A stretch of DNA of 64,000 nucleotides from positions 29 to 64,028 of the forward strand of contig JAJYEP010000001.1 in NCBI GenBank assembly GCA_021785735.1, read 5' to 3'. The notes beneath the pieces are model-generated. The model was not told the origin of the DNA, ran no database searches, and saw nothing but the letters and a program-made list of their open reading frames with translations. The position numbers were made by a program, and so were the translations under genes. This document shows, one piece after another, positions 38,510-47,957 of this stretch (its first letter is position 1; each line of letters starts with the position of its first letter). The stretch comes from Thermoplasmata archaeon (GTDB lineage Archaea > Thermoplasmatota > Thermoplasmata > Thermoplasmatales > Thermoplasmataceae).

Positions 38510-39110
38510 ATTCCTTTCTGATTTCGAGCTTGATCCTTCAATATATTTTGAGGCAAGAGAGTCTTTTGCGCCTGTCAGGTTGCATGTTGAAAAATTGGTT
38601 TCCGGTAAGGATTACTGGCAGGTTTCACCCGATGAGCTGAATTATATCTTCTCAGCAACCAAACTCCTCAGGCCTGGGAGGGTTGTCGAGACAGGCGTTG
38701 GTCCAGGAACCACCAGCTACGCCTTTCTAAGTGCATTGAGCGATTTTGACGGAAAGCTTTACAGTTTCGACCTTGGTATCAGATACGGGGAGTCGGATCA
38801 CATGCCTGTTGGCTTTGTGGTGCCGCAGGAGATGAGATCGGAATGGACACTTACAATTGGAGACAGCAGGGAGACGCTAGTGCCCGCACTGAGGAAAATA
38901 TCTCCCATAGACATATTTTTTCACGATTCTGATCATACTTATGATCACGTCATGTTCGAACTGACCAACGCGGACAGATACCTGAAGAAACGCGGGCTTA
39001 TAATGGTGGACAATTATGACTGGTCAAAGGCACCAAAGGACTTCGCAAATGAAAATGGATATGACCTGGTGCCGATTATAGATGATCTGGCATTTCTCTA
39101 TAAATCATGA
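38481..39110 (+). CDS. Class I SAM-dependent methyltransferase
   Basis: VVETGVGPG, IDIFFHDSDHTY. Confidence 0.85.
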   Translation: MTNQERGWNKFLSDFELDPSIYFEARESFAPVRLHVEKLVSGKDYWQVSPDELNYIFSATKLLRPGRVVETGVGPGTTSYAFLSALSDFDGKLYSFDLGIRYGESDHMPVGFVVPQEMRSEWTLTIGDSRETLVPALRKISPIDIFFHDSDHTYDHVMFELTNADRYLKKRGLIMVDNYDWSKAPKDFANENGYDLVPIIDDLAFLYKS

Positions 39111-40436
39111 TCCGTCAGGTTTTGCATCGAACACATCATCAATATCATCTTTGGATGAAGGATCTCCATCGGGACTCTCATCCTGGGGACCATCAAAGGG
39201 CGAGAATCTCGCCTGCTTTCCCATACCGGTTCCCCTGAATGATTCAAGGCTCTCATCCTCCAGTATGTACTGCTTGATTCTCCCGTTATTTTCAGGTACC
39301 TGGATCAACCTCGTCCTTCCATGCCTCCCCATGCTCTTTATCTTCGTTATGATAAGACCATTATCATCAAGATCAGAGACTATATCGCTCACTCTCCTTG
39401 AGGTGAGCGGTACAAAACCAAGTTCACTGCATATGTTTCTGTAATTCTCATATATTTCACCGCTGAACATAGGTCGTTTATCCATTTCCTGAGTCACAAC
39501 GGTGCTCAAAAGAACAATTTTTGAGTGAAGTGGAAGACCGTTCACGGATTCCTTGAGAAGGTCGGTCTCGAGTTTTTCCCTTGCCTTGTTCACTTCGGCC
39601 TCCGTAACCTTGTCCAGATTTTCTCTTATGGCAATATCTATCGATATGCGCATCAGATCAAGAGCCTTTCTGGCGTCACCGTGCTCCTGAGCACCTATGG
39701 CAGCACAAAGATTGATTGCAGAGTCCTCAAGAGCCTGATCCTTTACGATACCCTGTGTCCTGAACTTCAGGATATCTCTCAATTGTGAAGCATTATAAGG
39801 ATTGAAGATCACATTCTCCTGGCCAAGCCTGCTGGAAACTCTGGAATCGAGGTCCTGAACGAAGTTGGTATTGTTTGTGATCCCTATAATCGATACATAG
39901 GGGGAGGGAGAGTCTTCGCATATTTTCAGGATTACATACAGGGAATCCCCGCCATTTTTTTCGGTGAGTTTATCAATCTCATCAAGGATAATTATTACGT
40001 TTTTATTCATCAGCTTCAGTCTTTTCAGAAGTTCTGAATAGATTCTGTCCAGAGGCCAACCCAGTGGCGGTATCTGCTCACCTTCCGCCTGCAGTGACTG
40101 CACAATTGATACAAGAATTGAATAGGGGCTGTCAAAAATCTGACAGTTAATGTATGCGACGCAGTTTTTGTCTCCGCTGGCTTCCAGTAACATCGATGTA
40201 ACGTATCTTGCAGTTGATGTTTTTCCTGTTCCGGTTTTTCCGTAAAGCATTATGTTTGATGGTCTTGTTCCCCGCATCAAACTTCCAAGCAGGGAAGTCA
40301 ACTGTTCAATCTCTTTCTCCCTGTGGGGGAGATTTCCAGGAACGAATGAAATGCCGAGTGAGGCCAGATCGCCAATCAGTATGGGATTATCTTTCTTTAA
40401 ATTCAAAAACGGATTAGCCATCAGATCAGAATTCAT
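39105..40436 (-). CDS. cdc6: Orc1/Cdc6 replication initiator
   Basis: LPHRE, GKTGTGKT, ILDEID, HGDARKALD, C-terminal winged helix. Confidence 0.95.
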   Translation of the reverse strand: MNSDLMANPFLNLKKDNPILIGDLASLGISFVPGNLPHREKEIEQLTSLLGSLMRGTRPSNIMLYGKTGTGKTSTARYVTSMLLEASGDKNCVAYINCQIFDSPYSILVSIVQSLQAEGEQIPPLGWPLDRIYSELLKRLKLMNKNVIIILDEIDKLTEKNGGDSLYVILKICEDSPSPYVSIIGITNNTNFVQDLDSRVSSRLGQENVIFNPYNASQLRDILKFRTQGIVKDQALEDSAINLCAAIGAQEHGDARKALDLMRISIDIAIRENLDKVTEAEVNKAREKLETDLLKESVNGLPLHSKIVLLSTVVTQEMDKRPMFSGEIYENYRNICSELGFVPLTSRRVSDIVSDLDDNGLIITKIKSMGRHGRTRLIQVPENNGRIKQYILEDESLESFRGTGMGKQARFSPFDGPQDESPDGDPSSKDDIDDVFDAKPDGS

Positions 40437-40500
40437 GGAAAGGTATAATGTGAATAAAGGTTTTGAATCATTAAATGGAATTTTGTTAATTTAAAACCTA

Positions 40501-41781
40501 TTATTTAAAGGGCTGCGCGTTTGACTTCTCAAATTTTTTTATTATGCCCACTAAATACATGGAACCTGCCACCAGTATATGATCGTAGTTTCTCTTGGCG
40601 TATTCGATCGCCTCATACGGATCCTGTATTACACGTTTTTCCCGGAATATATTACCGGAGATTTCAGAAAGCATTTCCGGCTTTGCGGCTCTATCCGGTT
40701 CGTCAGGAGTGGTAAAAATTACCCGGTCGCTGATCGGCCTGATAGCGCGCAGAAATGAAAAAATATCCTTATCAGCCATCATTCCAATAACCAGCACAGG
40801 TTTCTCCTTGAATATCCTCATGTAGTTGTACGTCAAAGTGTCGGCAGCGGGGGGATTATGTGCGCTGTCCACCATTATGAAGGGTGACTTTGAAATGATC
40901 TCCATTCTTCCCGGCCATCTGGTGTTGAAGATACCTTTTTCTATAGCAGTCCTGCCGGGATTAAGGTCATCAGACTGCTCGAGCGCAAGGACTGCGTTGC
41001 TGATATTCTCTATCTGGAATTCACCCACAAGGTCTGTATGAATGCTGTACGAATCTTTGCTTGTGGTGAGATCGAACGAGATACCTTCCTCGGACTCCTG
41101 GACATTTTTGACGGAGCACTCCTTGATTCTAAGCAAAAGCTTGCTGTCCCTGACGTCAGATATTTTTTTTATCTCCTTTATGACTGCACTTTTTGTGTCG
41201 CCCAGAACGACAGGCCTCCCTTTTTTTATTATTCCGCCCTTTTCCCAGGCAATAGATTCCAGTGAGCATCCAAGCTTGTCAGCATGCTCATAACCAATAG
41301 TGGTTATAACACTCACTTCCGGTGTTATGATATTTGTCGAATCGAGCCTCCCTCCAAGGCCGACTTCAATGGATGCTACACGATCCTTGCGGCTCTGGAA
41401 ATAGGAGAAGGCTAGCAGGGTTGTGGTCTCAAAAAATGTGGGATTCCTCAATGATACGCGTAATTTTTCTATCAAACCTCTGTTGGAGGCTATGAATTTT
41501 TCTATGTATTCATTGGGTATCATAGTCCTTCCAGACACTATCCGTTCGTTGAAGTCAATGAGATGTGGTGATGTATAAAGTCCGGTTTCTGCTCTCTCCT
41601 GCAGTGCATTGTATATGAAAGCAGATGTAGACCCCTTTCCATTGGTTCCTGCAATATGGAAAGATTTGAAAGAATCCTGTGGATTATCGAGATTCTTCGC
41701 AAAATCACGCACAACAGCAAGATCTAATTTTACGCCTTCCCGCTTGAGATTGTAAAGAAAATCGAGATCCACTGTGGACAT
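40501..41781 (-). CDS. folC: Dihydrofolate/folylpolyglutamate synthase
   Basis: HIAGTNGKGS, YTSPHL, EVGLGGRLDSTN, WPGRME, DSAHNP. Confidence 0.93.
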   Translation of the reverse strand: MSTVDLDFLYNLKREGVKLDLAVVRDFAKNLDNPQDSFKSFHIAGTNGKGSTSAFIYNALQERAETGLYTSPHLIDFNERIVSGRTMIPNEYIEKFIASNRGLIEKLRVSLRNPTFFETTTLLAFSYFQSRKDRVASIEVGLGGRLDSTNIITPEVSVITTIGYEHADKLGCSLESIAWEKGGIIKKGRPVVLGDTKSAVIKEIKKISDVRDSKLLLRIKECSVKNVQESEEGISFDLTTSKDSYSIHTDLVGEFQIENISNAVLALEQSDDLNPGRTAIEKGIFNTRWPGRMEIISKSPFIMVDSAHNPPAADTLTYNYMRIFKEKPVLVIGMMADKDIFSFLRAIRPISDRVIFTTPDEPDRAAKPEMLSEISGNIFREKRVIQDPYEAIEYAKRNYDHILVAGSMYLVGIIKKFEKSNAQPFK

Positions 41782-41975
41782 CGGAAGGAGATATTCGGCT
41801 CTTAATTATATCTTACGTATTTTGCTGCGATACCAAGAGAATGGTACCAGCCATAGACCACTCGTTCACACTTTCTTCCTGAGAAATATTCTATGTTATT
41901 ACAATGCTTTTAGATGAAGCGTGATTTTCTGGCTTGTTAAAAAAATAATAAATAACAGGAGCATTTCCTGTACGC

Positions 41976-42698
41976 ATGGCTACAGAAGCGCTCTATCTTT
42001 CCAATCCCTATTTGAAAGAGGCTGAAGGAAAGGTCGTTATGGTTGAGTTCACCGATCTGGTTGTAGACAAGTCAGTATTCTTTCCCACTGGTGAGGGGCA
42101 GCCAAACGACAAGGGAGAGGTTGAAATTGATGGGAAAAAGTTTACAATAGTCGATACCTGGAAGGATGGTCTCTGGGTCCATCTCATGTCACTTGACACA
42201 TATCCTCAGGGCATTGCCGGGAAGACAGTTAAGCAAAGGATAGACTGGGACATCCGTTACGGTCACATGAAGTTCCGGACTGCGTTATACATTTTAAGCG
42301 GACTTGCATTTAAAAAATACAATGCAACCGTTAGAATAAACCAGACTTATGAGGATTACGCATGGATTGACATCATGGTGGACAACCTGACCGAGGAAAT
42401 GGTGAAGGAATTTGAGTCCGAGGCGAACAGGATTATAAACGAAGGTATCGATATACAGTATTCTTTCGTCACAAGGGAACAGTTTTCCAAGGACAATGCT
42501 CTGATGTCATTCGTCAGAAATAAGATTCCGGACTATGATTCAATAAAGGTTGCAAAAATTGGGGATTTACCGCCAATGCCTGACCTTGGCACTCAGGTCA
42601 GGAATACGAAAGAGGTTGGGGGATTAAAGATTAAAACCACGCTCGTGAAGGGAAAGATCAGCAACAGGCTCACAATAAATCTCGCCACAACTTCTTGA
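41976..42698 (+). CDS. AlaX-M-like protein with degenerate Zn-binding editing motifs
   Basis: TEALY..Y, FFPTGEGQPND, IDWDIRY; HxxxH position reads RTALY and C/DxGTH reads DLGTQ. Confidence 0.8.
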   Translation: MATEALYLSNPYLKEAEGKVVMVEFTDLVVDKSVFFPTGEGQPNDKGEVEIDGKKFTIVDTWKDGLWVHLMSLDTYPQGIAGKTVKQRIDWDIRYGHMKFRTALYILSGLAFKKYNATVRINQTYEDYAWIDIMVDNLTEEMVKEFESEANRIINEGIDIQYSFVTREQFSKDNALMSFVRNKIPDYDSIKVAKIGDLPPMPDLGTQVRNTKEVGGLKIKTTLVKGKISNRLTINLATTS

Positions 42699-42782
42699 AA
42701 AAACAAACATCAAACTGAATTATTGTAAATACGAAAGTCGATGACCTAAACAAATTAATCCATTGATTGCATTAGCGGATGA

Positions 42783-43895
42783 ATGTCCGTAAGGGATTCC
42801 TTGGCAGAACTTTCCGAGTTCGTAGGATGGATTGGAATTTCGTCTGCCATCTTCATATTCCTGGTATTTCTACCTCAGATTTTATCCAATGCTGGAAGTT
42901 CTGTATCATACATCGAACTTATCACGTCAGCGGGATATGGTCTCTCCTTTCTGTTCTTTGTAATTCTCCTGTTTATCGGCGCGGTAGTTCCTTTCATTTC
43001 AATTTTGTACATGATCAGACCGGGGAGTGATCCCGCATCCAGAGAATCATTGAGAAAAGGCAGAGGAGACTTTTTCATATTCTTTTCAATGGTGGTCCTG
43101 ATCGACCTTGCCATCTCTTTTATTCTGACGGCAATTTATCCATCACTCAGTACACCGGACCCATTTATTACAAGCAATCCTGTTTATCTGGGGCTCGTTG
43201 ACTATTATTTTAACTGGTTTGCCCTGGAATTTCTGACGCTTGAGATAGTACCTCTGATTCTGGTTACAATTGTAGCACTCTGGTCGATCAAGAAGCTTTC
43301 CATCAGGGCAGTATTTAAACCAAACCTTTCAAAGGGATCGCTACTGCTAGGGATACTCCTGCCTGCATGGGTTTTATCCAATTTTCTAATATTCTTTTCA
43401 CTCGGTTATTCTGCAGATTATATGGCAGATTTCATATCTGTATCAATAACAGTTCTGCTTGTTATGATCATTTATCTCAGATTTGGACTTAATGAAGCCT
43501 TTCTGGTATCTTATGGGCTGAACGTCCTGACTACGGTATCTGATGTAGTCGCAGTTCACGGAAGTGTGGTCAACAATCTTATTGGCATAAGCATAACAAC
43601 TCTTATACTCCTCTGGGCAACAGTCGGATTCCTTGGGCTTGGTTACAGCATATTCAAATACAGCCAGGACACAGCGAAACGCAGGGAGGCAAGCGGGAAC
43701 AAATCAAAGTCAAAACTTCCTGAAATCACCGAAAGGGATCTCTGGATACGAACATCCTGCCCCAGTTGTGGAGGAACCACGTTCAAGGTCCAGGATGACT
43801 TCAGTCTTGTCTGCAACAACTGTAAAACAGTGGTGGACAGCAACTACGAGGGTCCGATGAACATCAAGGTTGAGTTCAGAAGGAATCTGCGCTGA
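42783..43895 (+). CDS. Multi-pass membrane protein with C-terminal zinc ribbon
   Basis: About 8 TMs; CPSCGG...CNNC. Confidence 0.75.
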   Translation: MSVRDSLAELSEFVGWIGISSAIFIFLVFLPQILSNAGSSVSYIELITSAGYGLSFLFFVILLFIGAVVPFISILYMIRPGSDPASRESLRKGRGDFFIFFSMVVLIDLAISFILTAIYPSLSTPDPFITSNPVYLGLVDYYFNWFALEFLTLEIVPLILVTIVALWSIKKLSIRAVFKPNLSKGSLLLGILLPAWVLSNFLIFFSLGYSADYMADFISVSITVLLVMIIYLRFGLNEAFLVSYGLNVLTTVSDVVAVHGSVVNNLIGISITTLILLWATVGFLGLGYSIFKYSQDTAKRREASGNKSKSKLPEITERDLWIRTSCPSCGGTTFKVQDDFSLVCNNCKTVVDSNYEGPMNIKVEFRRNLR

Positions 43896-43933
43896 TAGGT
43901 GAAAAACTTTTCTTCATTATAAAATCTTATCAC

Positions 43934-45085
43934 TTATCTGTCGCCAGAGAATACATTATCCTCCGTCAATTTTTCATTTGTTCTTGGTTTGTATGAGAAC
44001 CATATAGAGTAAATTATCGGTAGGCTAAATATTATCAAAACGGAATAGAAATTTCCAATCTGAAACAGAAACCCCCCCACGACGGATCCGATTATGAAAC
44101 CGAGTGCAAACAGACCCTCATAATAGAAGATACCCATCTCCGGTGATGAGGTACCTGAAGTGTATGATAAAACCCTCCCGAATGCAAGACCATTACCCAC
44201 CGAAGCCAACGCAGATACTCCTATAATGAACCAGTCTGAGTTGTACGCCGATAGAAGCAATGGAGCTGCAAGTAGAAGCGAAGAGATGGTTACGGTTCTT
44301 TTGATGCTCTTTAATGGTCTGGTGCTTATGACTGCAAAAACTATTGCAAGGACCATGGGAGGTACGAATGATGCAATACCTATCTCAATATATTGCAATC
44401 CCGAAACCCTGAGGTATGGAATCATTACATAATAGAAGAATCCGGAAAAAACACCCGCGAATAGCATTGGAAGCACCATTTTGAATTTCGGTGCTCCCGA
44501 TTCTTTGCGCTTCACAAACTTTCTCTCAGAAGGAATAAACAGCAAACCTGTGACGAATGCGACAGAAGCTATGATGTAAATGGGCCCGAAGCCCAAGTAT
44601 TCCACTATGATCCCAGCTGCAAGGGGAACCAAGAAGTTGGGTATGCCCCAGGCAGTTGAGTATTTCTCTGAAACGACCGGATCGTCGACATAACCCAGGG
44701 ATATCTCTACCGTGACCCAGAACACTGCCTGAAGTATGTCTGTGATGCTAACGAGTACGATGAAAAGTATGGAACTATGGATAAAAAAGAATAGCGAGAG
44801 GATTGACAGGCCTACCACTGATAATGTTATCCTGTTCCTGAAACCCAGGATTGTATATTTTGTGTAGAGATACGCTAAAATTATAAGTGGAACGGAAAAA
44901 AATATTCCAAGTAGTCCAATTTCCGTGTATGTGTAGTTATACCGGAGCGCAAGAAGTGGAAAAGCAAAACTTATACTGAACCAACCCACGGAAAACAGCG
45001 TGCTCAAAGCCATAAGTTTGAAATTCTTGTCCTTGAGAATGGCATCTATTCTGAACACAGGTTCACAACTTGAATCTAATGGCAC
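43934..45085 (-). CDS. MFS-type transporter
   Basis: About 12 TMs in two similar halves; GFIIGSVVGGFL. Confidence 0.75.
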   Translation of the reverse strand: MPLDSSCEPVFRIDAILKDKNFKLMALSTLFSVGWFSISFAFPLLALRYNYTYTEIGLLGIFFSVPLIILAYLYTKYTILGFRNRITLSVVGLSILSLFFFIHSSILFIVLVSITDILQAVFWVTVEISLGYVDDPVVSEKYSTAWGIPNFLVPLAAGIIVEYLGFGPIYIIASVAFVTGLLFIPSERKFVKRKESGAPKFKMVLPMLFAGVFSGFFYYVMIPYLRVSGLQYIEIGIASFVPPMVLAIVFAVISTRPLKSIKRTVTISSLLLAAPLLLSAYNSDWFIIGVSALASVGNGLAFGRVLSYTSGTSSPEMGIFYYEGLFALGFIIGSVVGGFLFQIGNFYSVLIIFSLPIIYSIWFSYKPRTNEKLTEDNVFSGDR

Positions 45086-45121
45086 ATCTCACAATAATCC
45101 CTGTTAAGCGTCTCCTCTGGA

Positions 45122-45283
45122 TCAGCTCAATTTGTCAATCTTTATGCCATCGTCGTCGAGAAATGCAATAATGTCGTCTGGAGACAGATTAAGTCTCTGG
45201 ATAATTTTCTTTGGAAGTGTAATCCTGTAAGATGATCCTTTGGAGGACACATGCGCGACATCGATAATCTGCCTCTTCGTCAT
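45122..45283 (-). CDS. AbrB/MazE/SpoVT-fold small DNA-binding protein (missed by ORF track)
   Basis: MTKRQIIDVAHVSSKGSSYRITLPKKIIQRLNLSPDDIIAFLDDDGIKIDKLS. Confidence 0.8.
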   Translation of the reverse strand: MTKRQIIDVAHVSSKGSSYRITLPKKIIQRLNLSPDDIIAFLDDDGIKIDKLS

Positions 45284-45501
45284 AATTGATATAATGACGA
45301 TTTAGGATAAATACATTGTCCCATACCTATTGTATTTTGCCGGACTTTAAGAGGCCAGATGCAATGAATGGGCACAAATAATTCTGACATGATAGCTTAA
45401 GAAAGAGCGACCCATCATATTTACGCTTAATGACAGGAATTCACGAAACAGCAAACGAAGCATTTCTTTTTTATAGCGGCTAAGATTACAGGTAGGAGAA
45501 A

Positions 45502-46020
45502 ATGGTAACAAAACCGGCAAGAATGTATACTAAAATCAGCGGACCTGCATATACCCGCAGGGAGTTTATGGGTGGAGTTCCTTATCCTAAAATTACCACG
45601 TTCATTCAGGGAAACCAGAAGAAGAACTTTGACGTTGAAATGGAGTTGATAGCCAAGGAATCGTGTCAGATCAGACACACTGCACTCGAGGCTGCAAGGG
45701 TCTCAGTTAACAGAAAACTTGCGGAACTTGTAGGTGTTGAAAATTTCTTTCTTCAGATAAGACCATATCCTCATCACGTGCTGAGAGAACACAAAATGGC
45801 CACTGGAGCAGGCGCAGACAGAATATCTAGTGGAATGAGCATGGCGTTCGGCAGACCAGTGGGAACAGCAGCAAGGGTCAGTGCAAATGATATTATCATG
45901 GTAGCGAGAATAAATATGCCGCAAGCCAGAACTCTCAAAGAGATTCTGCATAAAGCATCATTCAAGCTTCCGACTCCATGTTACATTAAGATAACAAAGC
46001 CTGAATCTGCACAGATTTAG
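45502..46020 (+). CDS. rpl10e: 50S ribosomal protein uL16 (L10e)
   Basis: YTRREFMGGVP, QIRHTALEAAR, GAGADRIS. Confidence 0.96.
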   Translation: MVTKPARMYTKISGPAYTRREFMGGVPYPKITTFIQGNQKKNFDVEMELIAKESCQIRHTALEAARVSVNRKLAELVGVENFFLQIRPYPHHVLREHKMATGAGADRISSGMSMAFGRPVGTAARVSANDIIMVARINMPQARTLKEILHKASFKLPTPCYIKITKPESAQI

Positions 46021-46120
46021 GCAGACCATTCATTCAGACATTTTAAAATAAGCTATTTTATCTCTTTTGTTCTCTCGAGGTATTAAATTTCATGAAAACA
46101 GAGGATGGTTCCTAAACTTT

Positions 46121-46924
46121 TCAGTAAATATTTGCGTTCGATTCTCGGCTTCCTACAAAATCCTGAATCAGTTTTGCGGCAAGCATGGACGTGTTTCCAT
46201 TATCATAAAGAGGTGTCATCTCGACAATATCAAAGCCTAATGTGGATTTCGCAAATTTGTTTATCAGCCTTTTCACATCTGTATCTTTTAGTCCATACGG
46301 TTCTGGAGTCCCAACGCCAGGGGCATAGGCTGGATCAATGCCGTCCATATCTATAGAGAAATATATTTTATCGGATACAACACTCTTAAGATCATCTATT
46401 ATACTGTCAATGCCTTTTTTCCTGACGTCCGATGAAAATACGAATCTGACTTCGTTAAATCTGCCGGATTCATATTCCTCTCTAGAAACTGATCTTGTAC
46501 CGATGGAAACAATTCTGTTCTTTCCGAGTATATCTAACGATCTACGGGTTACGCAGGCATGATTTAGGGGATTTCCCATATAACCATCTCTGAAATCTGA
46601 ATGCGCATCTATGATGACCATCGTGCATTCACGAAAGTTTCGGACTGAACCCACGGTTAAAGAATGTTCACCGCCTAACATAATGGGTATTTTTTCATCT
46701 TTCTTTATAATTGAAACTATAGTTTCAACAGTATCAACATTTTCCTGCACATCCTCTCCCACTGTGACATCGCCAAGATCGCAGATTTTCAAATCAGGAA
46801 AATTGATGTTATAAAAGGGATCAAAGGACTCCAGATTATCATACGCCTTTCTGATGCTATTTGGTGCTAATCTGGAACCTCTGCGGTAGCTAGAGGTCCC
46901 GTCAAATGGAACACCGAAGATCAC
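46121..46924 (-). CDS. speB: Agmatinase (true N-terminus probably lies upstream; see findings)
   Basis: GGEHS, DAHSD, SIDMDGIDPAYAPGVGTPEP. Confidence 0.93.
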   Translation of the reverse strand: MIFGVPFDGTSSYRRGSRLAPNSIRKAYDNLESFDPFYNINFPDLKICDLGDVTVGEDVQENVDTVETIVSIIKKDEKIPIMLGGEHSLTVGSVRNFRECTMVIIDAHSDFRDGYMGNPLNHACVTRRSLDILGKNRIVSIGTRSVSREEYESGRFNEVRFVFSSDVRKKGIDSIIDDLKSVVSDKIYFSIDMDGIDPAYAPGVGTPEPYGLKDTDVKRLINKFAKSTLGFDIVEMTPLYDNGNTSMLAAKLIQDFVGSRESNANIY

Positions 46925-46986
46925 GTACTTTGATTCGCCGTAGGTAGAGGCAGCATCGGCTATTTTTAGATGGGAAAAGAAACCGT

Positions 46987-47376
46987 CTAGTTCTGGAACA
47001 TTATTTTGCGTTTTCCCATTGCCTCCCAGTATGAAATTTCAGTGCCGGGTTTCACGCGATCGACGATATCATCATCCAATGGGATAACAAAGGTTTCAAA
47101 AGTCTCGGAATCCATTAGCTGAGCTTCCTTGTTGGCGACTGAAAGAACCTGTGCATTCTTTTTCTCTATAATGGGTACCTTGACCTTATGTTTGACCGGA
47201 TACACGACACTGTGCTTCTGATTGTCGAATATCCCAATAGCCACAATTCTTCCTTTTGCTTCTCCATGCTTTCCGGGTTTTGACATGGTTATTTCCATTA
47301 TTTTGCACGGAGAATCATCAATCAGCATGTATCTTCCAACTTTCAATTCTCTAACTTCGGCTTCCTGCCAACTCAT
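46987..47376 (-). CDS. eif5a: Translation factor aIF5A
   Basis: Hypusination-site motif [10 protein letters not shown]. Confidence 0.96.
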   Translation of the reverse strand: MSWQEAEVRELKVGRYMLIDDSPCKIMEITMSKPGKHGEAKGRIVAIGIFDNQKHSVVYPVKHKVKVPIIEKKNAQVLSVANKEAQLMDSETFETFVIPLDDDIVDRVKPGTEISYWEAMGKRKIMFQN

Positions 47377-47541
47377 TAGTTATCAGAGGGCAATATATTA
47401 TGTATTTAAATAGTTATCAGATTTTTCATTCATATGTGACTTGAGATACCATAATCCGAAATGAAAATACACGGTAGAAACACTGTATTTTCATTCTCGC
47501 TAAGGTTAAATAGACTATAACAATAAACGTTCGAAGCATAA

Positions 47542-47790
47542 ATGCCTAAACCTGGAGTTTCCGTAGTTAAGCCAATGGACGTTCTTCGGCAGTCTATTGA
47601 CAAGGGCGTAATGGTTGAGGTAAAGGGTAAACGATTGTATTCCGGAGTGCTGGAAGGATATGATGTTTATATGAACCTCGTTATCAAAAACGCGGGAGAA
47701 GTAATTAATGATCAAAACGTTGGTGTTCACCAGCGTGTGCTAGTAAGAGGAGACAATGTGATATATATATCTCCATCATCAGGTGATTGA
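47542..47790 (+). CDS. Sm-like protein (SmAP1/Lsm)
   Basis: GVLEGYDVYMNLV (Sm1) and VLVRGDNV (Sm2); upstream of rpl37e. Confidence 0.92.
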   Translation: MPKPGVSVVKPMDVLRQSIDKGVMVEVKGKRLYSGVLEGYDVYMNLVIKNAGEVINDQNVGVHQRVLVRGDNVIYISPSSGD

Positions 47791-47792
47791 CA

Positions 47793-47957
47793 ATGAGTAA
47801 TGGAACAGCCGTAATGGGCAAAATGGGAAAGAAGAAGGTTCATATTACATGCAGGAGATGTGGAAAACACACTTACCACATCAGGGAAAAGAGGTGCTCT
47901 TCCTGTGGGTTCCCCGACCCCAGAATCCGATCCTACCATTGGGCAAAAGCCAGATGA
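47793..47957 (+). CDS. rpl37e: 50S ribosomal protein L37e (missed by ORF track)
   Basis: MSNGTAVMGKMGKKKVHITCRRCGKHTYHIREKRCSSCGFPDPRIRSYHWAKAR. Confidence 0.95.
   Translation: MSNGTAVMGKMGKKKVHITCRRCGKHTYHIREKRCSSCGFPDPRIRSYHWAKAR

Noticed and set aside
40437..40500. Replication origin next to cdc6
   Set aside because: Only 64 nt upstream and overlapping stops downstream; no ORB repeats or G-strings are visible.
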